A stretch of 64,000 nt of DNA, from positions 9,774 through 73,773 of the forward strand of contig OZ242322.1 in assembly GCA_965208155.1 (NCBI GenBank), written 5' to 3'. This stretch comes from Thermodesulfobacteriota bacterium (GTDB lineage Bacteria; Desulfobacterota_D; UBA1144; Nemesobacterales; Nemesobacteraceae). The translations under genes and the position numbers were made by a program. Within the stretch, counting starts at the first letter, position 1, and the number at the start of each line of letters is the position of its first letter. This document shows positions 56,201 to 64,000 of the stretch, piece by piece. The notes beneath the pieces were generated by a model that had not been told where the DNA came from, searched no databases, and worked only from the letters and a program-made list of their open reading frames with translations.

Positions 56201-56605
56201 GATGTGCAGGGCATGGGCTGGTTTTACGCCATGCTCCATGGCCAGACTAAAAAACGGGATGAGCAGATAGCAAAATTCCAAGAGGGAGACGCGCAACTGT
56301 TTCTGATCAGCCTCAGGGCCGGAGGAGTGGGTCTTAACCTCACGGCCGCCGACACCGTTATCCTTTATGATCCGTGGTGGAATCCGGCGGTTGAACGCCA
56401 GGCGATGGACAGGGCGCACAGGATAGGTCAGGAGAATCCGGTTTTTGTCTACCGCATGATTGCCGAAGGATCAGTTGAGGCCACAATAGTTGAGATGCAG
56501 GCCCGAAAGAAGGCGCTTGCCGAAGCGCTTTTTGAAGGTGGAGGAGAAGGAGCTCTGGCACTCACCGAGGAAGATATAAACGCCCTTCTTATGCCGATCG
56601 AGTGA
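53270..56605 (+). CDS. SWIM zinc finger + SNF2-family helicase
   Basis: SWIM motif CSCSVGFNCKH near the N-terminus. SNF2 ATPase motifs LRPYQKLGYGWL, LADDMGLGKT, DEAQAVKN and LTGTPMENN. Helicase C motifs GGVGLNLTAADTVILYDPWWNP and QAMDRAHRIGQ. Confidence 0.9.
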   Translation: MISRSDVEDLLDGPYFNDGTDCFHQGKVSSVNILEQQNSIGSTVYGKKGELYHQSIRLNIAPEGYIDAVMGRCSCSVGFNCKHVVAALLAASRFNTKTRPKNPNRFLTPRSSPDQRTEAPAAKRRRKEVLYLFRVAEDRTVRIDPVTARFGGDSTMLSTEKYSFGGSGYDTSRRFLTIKDFNILSRLSEFSEGTWQRVYDWPEGEQLVELIQMLLSTGCVHAETANGPILSWGPPRRFEFKWMPDSKGNQLAKTFDESGEEFSLLLFSPLLYIDVRGGLIGMAETDIPDELAELLAIAHPVSPEKSGIVADSIASFGDDNAPKPRIIEINRRSDLIPRPVLTLSSVTTRVPKRMRMYGPLRKIKSPKIIYPCARIHIAYEGTEQRLIPLVGEDIQVLTEQGVDIIIRDYDLEWEFVVQFEEIAEDYEGISPRSPDFKMGRTPKTVQDSDIVFNPILKDIEQVHSSLINFSTQAVPRLREEGWDVQIEKSWPFHLSEEHVSFSADIQSQGENRFSLSLCLKAGEEEIDLVPVILQAIKILPLENPGTLEDDLEEMISPCSFYPRLKDGSRVRVEGANILPFVQASIEISNLREFHKGDAGRISEFAQALEGSGILWRGGKEILELGERLRALASMSGTEPPAAMKGSLRPYQKLGYGWLLALCDSGFGGVLADDMGLGKTVQALSLLARRHLEAGTDRPSLLVVPTSLVSNWIREAAHFVPDLKLLALRGPERKKRFCEIPDNHLVITTYPLVNRDHKELFSHKYDLAILDEAQAVKNPSTAIAKHIRGINARQRVALTGTPMENNLEELWSLYDWLIPGFLGDRKSFKRTYRTPIEKHGDTGKQRLLSARLKPFLLRRAKEDVAKDLPAKTEIDEVIPLSENQRALYEVIRVAMDERIREAVREKGMARSRITILDALLRLRQVCCDPALVKLDAAKKFTESSKRKRLSEILCELVAEGRKVLVFSQFVEMLRLIEKDVQGMGWFYAMLHGQTKKRDEQIAKFQEGDAQLFLISLRAGGVGLNLTAADTVILYDPWWNPAVERQAMDRAHRIGQENPVFVYRMIAEGSVEATIVEMQARKKALAEALFEGGGEGALALTEEDINALLMPIE

Positions 56606-56756
56606 ATCGTCAGTGGCCGTCGCAGATTTGTTTTGGTGCCCATTCTTCTTCTCGGCATCTTGCTACCCTCTGTAGATAGCAAGGAATGTGCAGTAAGCAA
56701 ATTAGATTGAACGATTTTTGAATTTTTTGTCTTTCGTAGAGAGTAAAAAAGAAGAT

Positions 56757-57149
56757 TCAACCAACCAGAGTATAAATAGCGGTGGCCTTTGCCACGCAAA
56801 CACCCGAATTCAAAACCTCGCTCTCAACGGGCATTATTCTCCCCTGCCTGAGCACTCTGGCGCGACAAACCGTAACACCTTCCCTGATGGGTTCGATGTA
56901 ATTTATATTCATTCCAGACGTAAGGAATTTTTTTCCTTTTTCTGCAACACTGGCAACGGCAACTCCGCATGCCGCGTCCGCCAAGGTGAAAATGGCCCCG
57001 CCGTGGAGCATTCCGTAGTGCTGCGTATACTCCTCAATAAACGGCATGGAAAGTTCCGATTCTCCGTCTTCCATGCGCAAGATCTCTATTTTCATCGTGT
57101 CGAAAATCTTCGGGTGACCGGAAGGAAGTCTGATGGGTTTCCCGCTCAT
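56757..57149 (-). CDS. PaaI-family hotdog-fold thioesterase
   Basis: 130 aa with GMLHGGAIFTLADAACGVA. Confidence 0.75.
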   Translation of the reverse strand: MSGKPIRLPSGHPKIFDTMKIEILRMEDGESELSMPFIEEYTQHYGMLHGGAIFTLADAACGVAVASVAEKGKKFLTSGMNINYIEPIREGVTVCRARVLRQGRIMPVESEVLNSGVCVAKATAIYTLVG

Positions 57150-58321
57150 ATTTTACGCTCCTTTAACACAGAACTTCTGGCAAAGAATAAAAAACCTAGG
57201 AATACCATAAGCGCTATTGAAACAAACATCGTCCTGAATCCGAAAAGCTCGGCTACCACTCCGAAAACAAAAGATCCCAGCATTCCGCCGCCAGTGAATG
57301 AAACGCTGCTTATTGCAAAAGCTTTCGCCCTCGCCTCCTTCGGATTCGATTCTATTATGATTGAATATATTGAAGGATACACAAACCCATGTGCGCAGCC
57401 GAATATAATTCCGCAGAGGACAAGAAGTTTAACCTCGTACACAAAACTCAGCATGAAAACACTCAGTCCCAGAAAGAAAACAAACGGGGAAGCGACTCTC
57501 CACTTGCCGTATCTATCGGGAACCCAGCCGAGAAACAGCCTGATCACAAGCACCGAAACGGTGTAGGAAAGAAAATAAACGTGAAAGTTCTCTATGTTTA
57601 TTGAAAGCGAGAAGATGGATATAAAGTTAAACGTTGTTATAAAAGCCGCTCCGCAGATAAAAAGGGTAACTGAGGACACAGATGTAGCCTTATCACGAAG
57701 ACAGTCCATATAGCTTGGTCCCGTGTCTTTCGGCACAGCCGCTTTCCCTCCCTCTTTGATCATAAAAGAAACTCCAAAGCCAACAAGCGCCGTAATGGTC
57801 AGAAAAGAAATGAAGAAATCAAAGCCGAAATTATTTATCAGAATAGAACCGACGTAAGGGGCAATCGCATAGTTTATTATTGTGAAAACGCCGTATATTC
57901 CGAGCGCCTGAGCCCTTCTCTGCTCGCTTGAGACTTCAACCGTAAGCGCTCCGGCGGCGACGAAGAAAAGGGAAAAGGAACAACCGTGAACTATCCTGAT
58001 AAGGTAGTAGAGGTAATCGACCCTGTCTAAGAAGGCGAGCGGAAAAGTCGAGGCAGAAAGCAGCGCGAACCCCAGCAGCACAAACAGCTTTTTTCCATAC
58101 CTGTCGGTTACGTGGCCGGCGTAAGGAGTAAGAAAAAGGGTGCTCATTCCCGCAATGCCCATCACGAATCCCACAATTTTCTCGGTTCCTCCCAGTTCGG
58201 AAATTCTGATGGGCAGAAGGAGAAATGAGTGAAAATTAAAAAAGTAAAGACACCCTAGAAAGGTTACAAGCACAAAACTCCTGTTAAGCAGAGGCGGTGG
58301 GGTTTTCTGCGCGTCGCTCAT
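57146..58321 (-). CDS. MFS transporter
   Basis: 391 aa with about 12 hydrophobic segments. An MFS loop motif GHVTDRYGKK lies between TM2 and TM3. Confidence 0.8.
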   Translation of the reverse strand: MSDAQKTPPPLLNRSFVLVTFLGCLYFFNFHSFLLLPIRISELGGTEKIVGFVMGIAGMSTLFLTPYAGHVTDRYGKKLFVLLGFALLSASTFPLAFLDRVDYLYYLIRIVHGCSFSLFFVAAGALTVEVSSEQRRAQALGIYGVFTIINYAIAPYVGSILINNFGFDFFISFLTITALVGFGVSFMIKEGGKAAVPKDTGPSYMDCLRDKATSVSSVTLFICGAAFITTFNFISIFSLSINIENFHVYFLSYTVSVLVIRLFLGWVPDRYGKWRVASPFVFFLGLSVFMLSFVYEVKLLVLCGIIFGCAHGFVYPSIYSIIIESNPKEARAKAFAISSVSFTGGGMLGSFVFGVVAELFGFRTMFVSIALMVFLGFLFFARSSVLKERKI

Positions 58322-58322
58322 T

Positions 58323-59429
58323 TTAAATCCCTGAATCGATATTCAGATAATAGCGGGTGTACTTTCGCTCCCCCGTCCGTAGAAGCGCGCCCTTGGCGAC
58401 CAGGTCGGAGAGGTCCCGGGTGGCGGTCGGACGAGTAGCACTGGTAATGCTTATATAGTTCTCGGCACTCAGGCCTCCCGTAAAACCCTCCGGGCCTTCC
58501 TCGAACATACGAAGCAGACATTTTTCCTGACGCGGATTTATTTTTCCCCTCAGGCGTTTGAACAGTCTTGACTTCTTTATCAGAAACTCCACGTAGGTTC
58601 GGGTATAGATGAGCCCATCTAGCACCGTACGGGCAAAATAAAGAAGCCACTGGGTTATCTCGTTTTTCGTGTTCACATCCCCAAGCGCCCCGTAATAAGC
58701 CCCTCTGTTTCTGCTGATCACGTTAGCAAGCGCGATCAGAGTCGGTTCCCCGAGACACTGAGCCAGTGCTTTTTCCGACACGGCGCGTCCTACGCGTCCG
58801 TTTCCATCCTCAAAAGGATGAATGGACTCAAAATATACGTGCGCCATACCTGAGCGGGTCAGGGTCGAAAGAGGCGCCTCGCCCCCCGGGGCGCTTCGGT
58901 TAAACCAGCGGACAAATCCTTCCATTTCCCGCTCCACTCGCTTTGCGGGTGGAGCCTGAAAATGAATTCTGCGCCTGTGAAGAGGCCCGGAGACCACAGC
59001 CACCTCATCTTCGCGGTAGCGGCCCACGCATTTAAGATCGTCGCGTCCGCGCGTAAGCATCCTATGCCAGCGGTAAAGCGTCTCATGGGAGAGAGTGTCC
59101 TCGAAACTGTTATAAAGGTCGACCATGAGATCGGCGATTCCCTCTTCAGCGGCACTCACCCTGATATCATCCGCACTGAGACCGAAATGTCTTCTAAGGG
59201 ATGACTGCAGATTCTCGCGGTTAAGATACTCTCCCTCGATTTCAGAAGTTTTAAGTGCCTCATCGCCTATAATCTCTACCCTGAGCCAGCCCCGCTCCTG
59301 TTCATCAAGATGTCTGAATGCCCCGAAAAACAGTCCTGTGCCATGCAGAAAATCATGTTCCAGGCTCTCAAGAAGTTTCGGTTCATAGCTGAAATCGGGC
59401 CATTCGGGGTGCTGCCAGTTCCATTTCAT
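58323..59429 (-). CDS. Fic-family protein (AMPylase-type), class with N-terminal inhibitory motif
   Basis: Active-site HPFEDGNGRVGRA. The putative inhibitory (S/T)xxxE(G/N) motif is TSEIEG in the N-terminal region. C-terminal winged-helix-like tail. Confidence 0.85.
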   Translation of the reverse strand: MKWNWQHPEWPDFSYEPKLLESLEHDFLHGTGLFFGAFRHLDEQERGWLRVEIIGDEALKTSEIEGEYLNRENLQSSLRRHFGLSADDIRVSAAEEGIADLMVDLYNSFEDTLSHETLYRWHRMLTRGRDDLKCVGRYREDEVAVVSGPLHRRRIHFQAPPAKRVEREMEGFVRWFNRSAPGGEAPLSTLTRSGMAHVYFESIHPFEDGNGRVGRAVSEKALAQCLGEPTLIALANVISRNRGAYYGALGDVNTKNEITQWLLYFARTVLDGLIYTRTYVEFLIKKSRLFKRLRGKINPRQEKCLLRMFEEGPEGFTGGLSAENYISITSATRPTATRDLSDLVAKGALLRTGERKYTRYYLNIDSGI

Positions 59430-59646
59430 GAGCTATAAGAATACAGGTTATAAATCATTTAGCACCTTTTTCGTGATTGATTGCAGATAGCAAATAAATT
59501 GACCGGTTTCCTAACAAATGAACTGTCCGGTTTTTAAGTATGCGAGTTGAGACTGTGAGAGTATCGACAGAGGAACTGTAAAGAAATGGACTGGCTGTTA
59601 AAAATGCGTGTGGTTTCTTGTGGAAGAGGTTTAAAAAACTCTGGGT

Positions 59647-60933
59647 TCATATTCTAAACCTGTTCTTACCGTAGAAAAAACAGATAACTCCTGTGGCGGC
59701 GAAGACAAAAAAGAGCATCACGGGCAGGTACTTCCCGAGATCGCTTTTAAAAAAGGAAGCGCCGGAAACAGATACTTTCAGGCTGCCGGGTTTCAGGTTG
59801 GGTATCTCGTACCTAAAAAACTCTTCATCGGAAATGATCACTTCCTCTCTTAGCGCCTCGGGATGTTCAAGCTGAACCCCTGGGCCCGTTTTTCTCACAA
59901 AAACGGCCAGGAACTCCACTTCGTAGTCAATTCCCATCCGGAACTCCCCCCTGATTCGCGACACCGGCAGGGAATAACCAAGACTGACCCTTCTGCCCCC
60001 CGGAAGAAAAGGAAGCCCGCTGTAAAGCTTCTCCCCTTCTCTCTGCATGGCCGCAGCACTGCTTCCGTCTGAAAAACTGATATTGCCAGCCCCTTCGGGT
60101 ACTGAGAAAACAAGTGTTTTCATACCGGATCCCTCCTGTTCTCCGGTAAAAACCGTGTCGCCCGAATTCTCAAAACCGTAAATGGACGTTACGCTCACAT
60201 TCTCCCCCTCATCATCTGGATAGATAATCACGTTCAGTGACCGAAGGGAGATATGCTCATCCGAGGCCGTGGTGTCGTAGACAGGAAGATCGAGGGTGAT
60301 TTCGTCTTCTCCCGGAGGAAAAATCATCTTTCCCGAGACATACTGAACTCCCCGGCGAAAAATCACTATCTCATAACTTCTGTCCCAACGCAGAGAGGGA
60401 AAGGAGAAATTGCCAAGAGAATCCGCCTTGGCAAAGCTGCGGTCTTGCTGCCTCTCTCCCATGTATGAGATCAAAACGACGTCCTGACCCACCTCGGGCT
60501 TCGCGGTGGTTACGTTGCTTACCTGACCCTTTATGGTTCCGCTTTCAGAAAGACCGGAGGGATGACTGTAATTCAGAAGGTAATCGGCAATCTTCTGTGC
60601 GTCGCTTTCCGAAAGATTCATCGGCGGCATGGGCGGATAGCCTTCGTTAACCGGCTTTTTCTTTTTCTCCGCGTAGATAATCCCGGGATCCCGGGCCCAT
60701 TTAACCAGATCATCCCTTGAGTATCTCTCCCCTGCGCTCAAAAGATCAGGACCTACAAACCTTCCCCTTCCAAGCGTATGGCATCTTGCGCATCTGCCTT
60801 GCATAAAAATCTCCTCGCCGGAGAATGGCATCTGTGCGGAAACGGGAACCTGCTGAAAAACAAGGGGGAAAAGGAAGAATATGGAAACGGGAAAGGCAAG
60901 AGTAAAGGCTTTTTTCATTGTCGCTTCATTCAC
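59647..60933 (-). CDS. Membrane-anchored c-type cytochrome domain protein
   Basis: N-terminal signal/TM, a single heme motif CARCH with a downstream PPM, a long beta-rich region, and a C-terminal TM (LPVMLFFVFAATGVICFFY). Confidence 0.6.
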   Translation of the reverse strand: MNEATMKKAFTLAFPVSIFFLFPLVFQQVPVSAQMPFSGEEIFMQGRCARCHTLGRGRFVGPDLLSAGERYSRDDLVKWARDPGIIYAEKKKKPVNEGYPPMPPMNLSESDAQKIADYLLNYSHPSGLSESGTIKGQVSNVTTAKPEVGQDVVLISYMGERQQDRSFAKADSLGNFSFPSLRWDRSYEIVIFRRGVQYVSGKMIFPPGEDEITLDLPVYDTTASDEHISLRSLNVIIYPDDEGENVSVTSIYGFENSGDTVFTGEQEGSGMKTLVFSVPEGAGNISFSDGSSAAAMQREGEKLYSGLPFLPGGRRVSLGYSLPVSRIRGEFRMGIDYEVEFLAVFVRKTGPGVQLEHPEALREEVIISDEEFFRYEIPNLKPGSLKVSVSGASFFKSDLGKYLPVMLFFVFAATGVICFFYGKNRFRI

Positions 60934-60993
60934 CCTGGTTTTTGGGGCTTAGTTGTGGATAGATAAAGTTCCCCTCACAGAACAGTATTGGAT

Positions 60994-61338
60994 CTACAAT
61001 GCTCCAATGCTGAGTCTTCCTTGTCGTTTTGAACGGGGTTCTCGAATGACAATTTCCACGTCCCGCCCCAGTGCCGTCAAGAGACGCAAGAGCCGTTCTA
61101 CTGAGTAATCACGAAAATTTCCCCGCAGCAGGCGGGAGACATCAGGTTGAGACAGCCCCAGCAATTTCGCTGCATCGACCTGCTTGAGTTTGCGGCGGCG
61201 AATAATCTCGTCAATGCGGGTAACGAGTTCCGCCTTTAAAAGATGTACCTCGGCTTCGAGATGGCCCAGATCCGCAAATACATTATCGCTTCCATGTTCA
61301 ACCTTCTCTTCTGTCTCCATCGGTCTAGCCTCCGTCAT
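60994..61338 (-). CDS. XRE-family HTH antitoxin (HigA-like)
   Basis: GSDNVFADLG...LKQVDAAKLLGLSQPDVSRLLRGNFRDYSVERLLRLLTALGRDVEIVI is the typical antitoxin partnered with Gp49/HigB-type toxins. Possible starts are M at 61338 or 61320. Confidence 0.7.
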   Translation of the reverse strand: MTEARPMETEEKVEHGSDNVFADLGHLEAEVHLLKAELVTRIDEIIRRRKLKQVDAAKLLGLSQPDVSRLLRGNFRDYSVERLLRLLTALGRDVEIVIREPRSKRQGRLSIGAL

Positions 61339-61524
61339 ATGTTTCCCTGTAATGCCGTCCGCTACCTTCACCCTGCTCTTGATCAAATCAATATCTTGCT
61401 TCGGCGTCTCAACACCCCGCTTAGCCTTCTTCTGGAAAGCATGCAGTACATAAACCGCCGCCTTAAACCGAACCGTATACACAGCTCGGCAGATATCGCC
61501 ATCGTGTCGTGAGACGATCTCCAA
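61339..61524 (-). pseudogene. 5'-truncated RelE/HigB (Gp49-like) toxin remnant, reading in frame into the antitoxin
   Basis: Only the C-terminal toxin core is left (YRAVYTVRFKAAVYVLHAFQKKAKRGVETPKQDIDLIKSRV). An in-frame TGA lies 2 codons upstream of the TTG at 61524. There is no stop before the antitoxin Met. Confidence 0.6.
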
Positions 61525-61746
61525 GACTCTTCAGGTCCTCTTTGCTTGAACCAATTCATTTAACAGGTCTGCGCGTCTTTTTTAACATGCGCAACTATAG
61601 CAGTTTTACCATATTTCTGCAAATTTAGTATCACTATCTCCCATGCAACTCAGCCACGCAAGGTCAAAAATGCTACGTTTTGTGACAGAAGAATCAAGAA
61701 GTACCAGAACCTAGGTTTTAGAAAAACCTTCAGCACTGCTTCCAGT

Positions 61747-62031
61747 CTATTCAAGTTCTGAAATCAGTTTTGTAACAGCCGCTGCCTTTTTCTTGTACCT
61801 TGAGATAAGCTCGGCATAGTCCCGCTCGCTGAGCTTGCCCATATCACGGTCAAGCTCTATATCCTTTATGGATGAGTAGTAAATATCCCTTTTCTCGTAA
61901 AGCTGCTCGAGCCGGTCGACATCCGGACTGTCAGTACCCCGATCCCCTCCCCTGCGACCCAGCAAAAGAGGATAAACGGTAAAAACCGATACAAAAACCG
62001 CAAGCAGAACAGAAACTATATATTCACTCAC
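61747..62031 (-). CDS. Small membrane protein, CcmI N-terminal-like
   Basis: A GTG at 62031 overlaps the ccmF stop (GTGA). One TM (IVSVLLAVFVSVFTVYPLLL) is followed by an ELDRDMGKLSERDYAEL segment reminiscent of CcmI. The ORF-track start at 62112 lies inside ccmF and is unlikely. Confidence 0.45.
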   Translation of the reverse strand: MSEYIVSVLLAVFVSVFTVYPLLLGRRGGDRGTDSPDVDRLEQLYEKRDIYYSSIKDIELDRDMGKLSERDYAELISRYKKKAAAVTKLISELE

Positions 62032-63992
62032 GCGCCAGACTCCCTTTTTCTTCGCCCCTCGGGCCACATGGTGACAATCGCCCCCAGGACGATAACAAGC
62101 CCTCCCGCCCATATCCAGTTCACCATGGGGTTAAGAAGGGCCCTTATATTTACCCCTCCGCTTCGGTCAACCTCGGAGAGTATGAGATAAAGATCGTCTC
62201 TTAATGTGGAACGAAGCGCGACCTCTGTTTCCTGGTTTATCTCCCTGTTTCCCTCGTACTTGTAGATGTTTTTCTCCGGATACATGGTCGCAACTCTTTT
62301 TCCATTGTTCTCAATCGAGAGTTCAGCCGAAAATCCGTCCTTGGCATCGTTTGAAACAAAGCGCACCCCGTGGAAAACAAGGTCGTATCTTCCTAGAGAA
62401 AAAGAATCCCCCTTGCCCAGAACAACTTCCTTCTGCGTAACGAAAAGAGAAGAAGCCGTGATCCCTATTACAAGCAGCACAACTCCCAGGTGGACTATGT
62501 ATCCGCCGTAGCGTCTGCGGTTTTTCGATACAAGATTAAAAAATGCCAAAGCGGGGTTCTCTCCCCTGGCGCTTCTAACCTTTATGCCCCTGAAATACTC
62601 CAAAAACACTGTCCCCGCGACAAATCCGCAGAGCGCGAAACTCGCAAGCGCCACCGGTTCCCTCATCCCGGAGACAACAAGCGCAAGGAGAACCACAACG
62701 AAAACCGCTGCGGGAAAAACAAAGTTTCTCCTGAGATTGGCCGTAGAGGCTTTTTTCCACGCTATAAGCGGACCCACTCCCATAAGCAGGATAAGCACAA
62801 GCCCTATTGGCACCCCCACAGCGTTGAAATAAGGAGGGCCGACCAGGATTTTCTTTCCAGTGAAGGCCTCTGAGAGTACGGGGAAAATGGTTCCCAGGAA
62901 CACGGCAAACGCCGCGGCGAGAAAAAGAAGGTTGTTAAACAGAAAGGCGCTTTCTCTTGAGAGAGGAGAGTCGAATCTCTCCTCGCTTTCAAGTTCCTTT
63001 GACCTGTAGGCGAGAAGGGCAAAGGAGAAAAGGAGTATTAGTACCATGAAGCCGACAAAAAGCGGACCTATGTCCGAGCGGGCAAAAGAGTGAACCGAGG
63101 ACACTATGCCGCTTCTGGTTATGAAAGTGCCGAATATGGAGAGAAAAAAGGTGATTATAAGCAGGATCATGTTCCATTTCTTAAGCATCGCCTTTCTCTC
63201 CTGAATCATAACGGAGTGAAGAAACGCGGTTCCGGCAAGCCATGGCATAAACGCGGCGTTCTCAACAGGATCCCACGCCCAGTATCCTCCCCAGCCGAGC
63301 TCAAGATATGCCCATCTGGCACCGAGAAGAAGCCCCGCGGAGAGAAACATCCAGGAGAAAAGGGCGTATTTTCTGCAGTTTCTTATCCACTCGTCCCCGA
63401 GGCGACCGCTTAGCAGGGCGGCTATACCGAAAGCGAAAGGCACCGTAATTCCCACGTACCCCACATAGAGAGTGAGCGGGTGGATGGCCATGTATCCGTT
63501 CTGAAGAATCGGATTAAGCCCCCTTCCTTCCCCCACCGCCACGCTCAGTTTCTCAAATGGATCCTCCACGTAGGCTATGAGGAAAAGAAAAAAAAGCGAA
63601 ACGGCGCACAGAACGGCGTTTACGTAAGGGTCCCCGCCTTTTTCTCTGCTTCTAAGAACCACAAAAGCCGCATACAGGGAGAGAACGAAGCTCCAGAGAA
63701 GCAGGGAACCCGCCTGGCCGGCCCAAAGGGCCGTCACCCTGTATATCACCGGTAGGTCTGTGCTCGTGTTAAGCGCTACGTACCTGAGCGAGAAATCAAG
63801 GGTTACAAGCTCGTAAACAAGACAGCACACCGCCACCAGAAGAAGAAAAGCGACCGAGACAAGACCGTTTCCCCCGCTCAGCGCGAACGCGCGGCTTCCT
63901 GTTCTCGCGGAAAAAGCGCAGACAACAAGACTGTAGATGGTGATAAAGAAGGAAAGAAGTATTGCTATACTTCCTATATGGGACATTTTCAA
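62028..63992 (-). CDS. ccmF: Cytochrome c-type biogenesis heme lyase CcmF
   Basis: 654 aa and polytopic, with the WWD-domain motif WGGYWAWDPVENAAFMPWL. Confidence 0.9.
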   Translation of the reverse strand: MKMSHIGSIAILLSFFITIYSLVVCAFSARTGSRAFALSGGNGLVSVAFLLLVAVCCLVYELVTLDFSLRYVALNTSTDLPVIYRVTALWAGQAGSLLLWSFVLSLYAAFVVLRSREKGGDPYVNAVLCAVSLFFLFLIAYVEDPFEKLSVAVGEGRGLNPILQNGYMAIHPLTLYVGYVGITVPFAFGIAALLSGRLGDEWIRNCRKYALFSWMFLSAGLLLGARWAYLELGWGGYWAWDPVENAAFMPWLAGTAFLHSVMIQERKAMLKKWNMILLIITFFLSIFGTFITRSGIVSSVHSFARSDIGPLFVGFMVLILLFSFALLAYRSKELESEERFDSPLSRESAFLFNNLLFLAAAFAVFLGTIFPVLSEAFTGKKILVGPPYFNAVGVPIGLVLILLMGVGPLIAWKKASTANLRRNFVFPAAVFVVVLLALVVSGMREPVALASFALCGFVAGTVFLEYFRGIKVRSARGENPALAFFNLVSKNRRRYGGYIVHLGVVLLVIGITASSLFVTQKEVVLGKGDSFSLGRYDLVFHGVRFVSNDAKDGFSAELSIENNGKRVATMYPEKNIYKYEGNREINQETEVALRSTLRDDLYLILSEVDRSGGVNIRALLNPMVNWIWAGGLVIVLGAIVTMWPEGRRKRESGA

Positions 63993-64000
63993 CCTTTCTT

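Noticed and set aside
56718-57566. 282-aa plus-strand ORF across the PaaI and MFS genes
   Set aside because: It is antisense to two well-supported minus-strand genes and shows no motifs.

Overview
This is a 64-kb window from an unidentified bacterium, probably uncultivated, with roughly balanced GC. All calls come from reading the sequence and the ORF track and from motif recognition. No database search was run.

Housekeeping backbone:
- ccdA (5' end off the window), a malic enzyme, and a fused trehalose-6-P synthase/phosphatase
- ccmG-ccmH
- the conserved minus-strand string rimP-nusA-infB-DUF503-rbfA-nrnA-truB-rpsO-pnp-miaA
- uvrB, cobA/hemD, rsmE, and at the right edge a short ccmI-like gene and ccmF

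Accessory content embedded in the backbone:
1. A tandem triplication of a 773-bp unit at 194..2512. It produces three vapC toxin genes but only one vapB. An IS30-family element sits 48 bp upstream of vapB.
2. A hipBA module, a Fic gene, and a HigA-like antitoxin fused to a 5'-truncated toxin remnant.
3. An atypical type I-G (formerly I-U)-like CRISPR-Cas locus at about 34.0-50.6 kb.
   - The array has 23 identical 37-nt repeats.
   - cas2 is split by a 2.1-kb IS.
   - The locus has a cas4-cas1 fusion, two diverged Csb2-family paralogs, and a short Cas8-like gene with no canonical start codon.
   - cas3 has a C-terminal HD domain, and an IS1634-like element lies 8 bp upstream of its ATG. A Csb1/Cas7-like gene completes the set.
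4. A degenerate repeat-spacer-repeat mini-array in the leader of the cas operon (50640..50748).
   - Compensatory changes preserve its hairpin.
   - Its pseudo-spacer seed-matches a sigma70-like promoter about 230 bp upstream.
   - I consider this CreR/CreA-like autoregulatory or addiction candidate the most interesting signal in the window.
5. A two-gene ABC-ATPase + TOPRIM-like module (PARIS/OLD-like) next to the cas locus, followed by a SWIM-SNF2 helicase.
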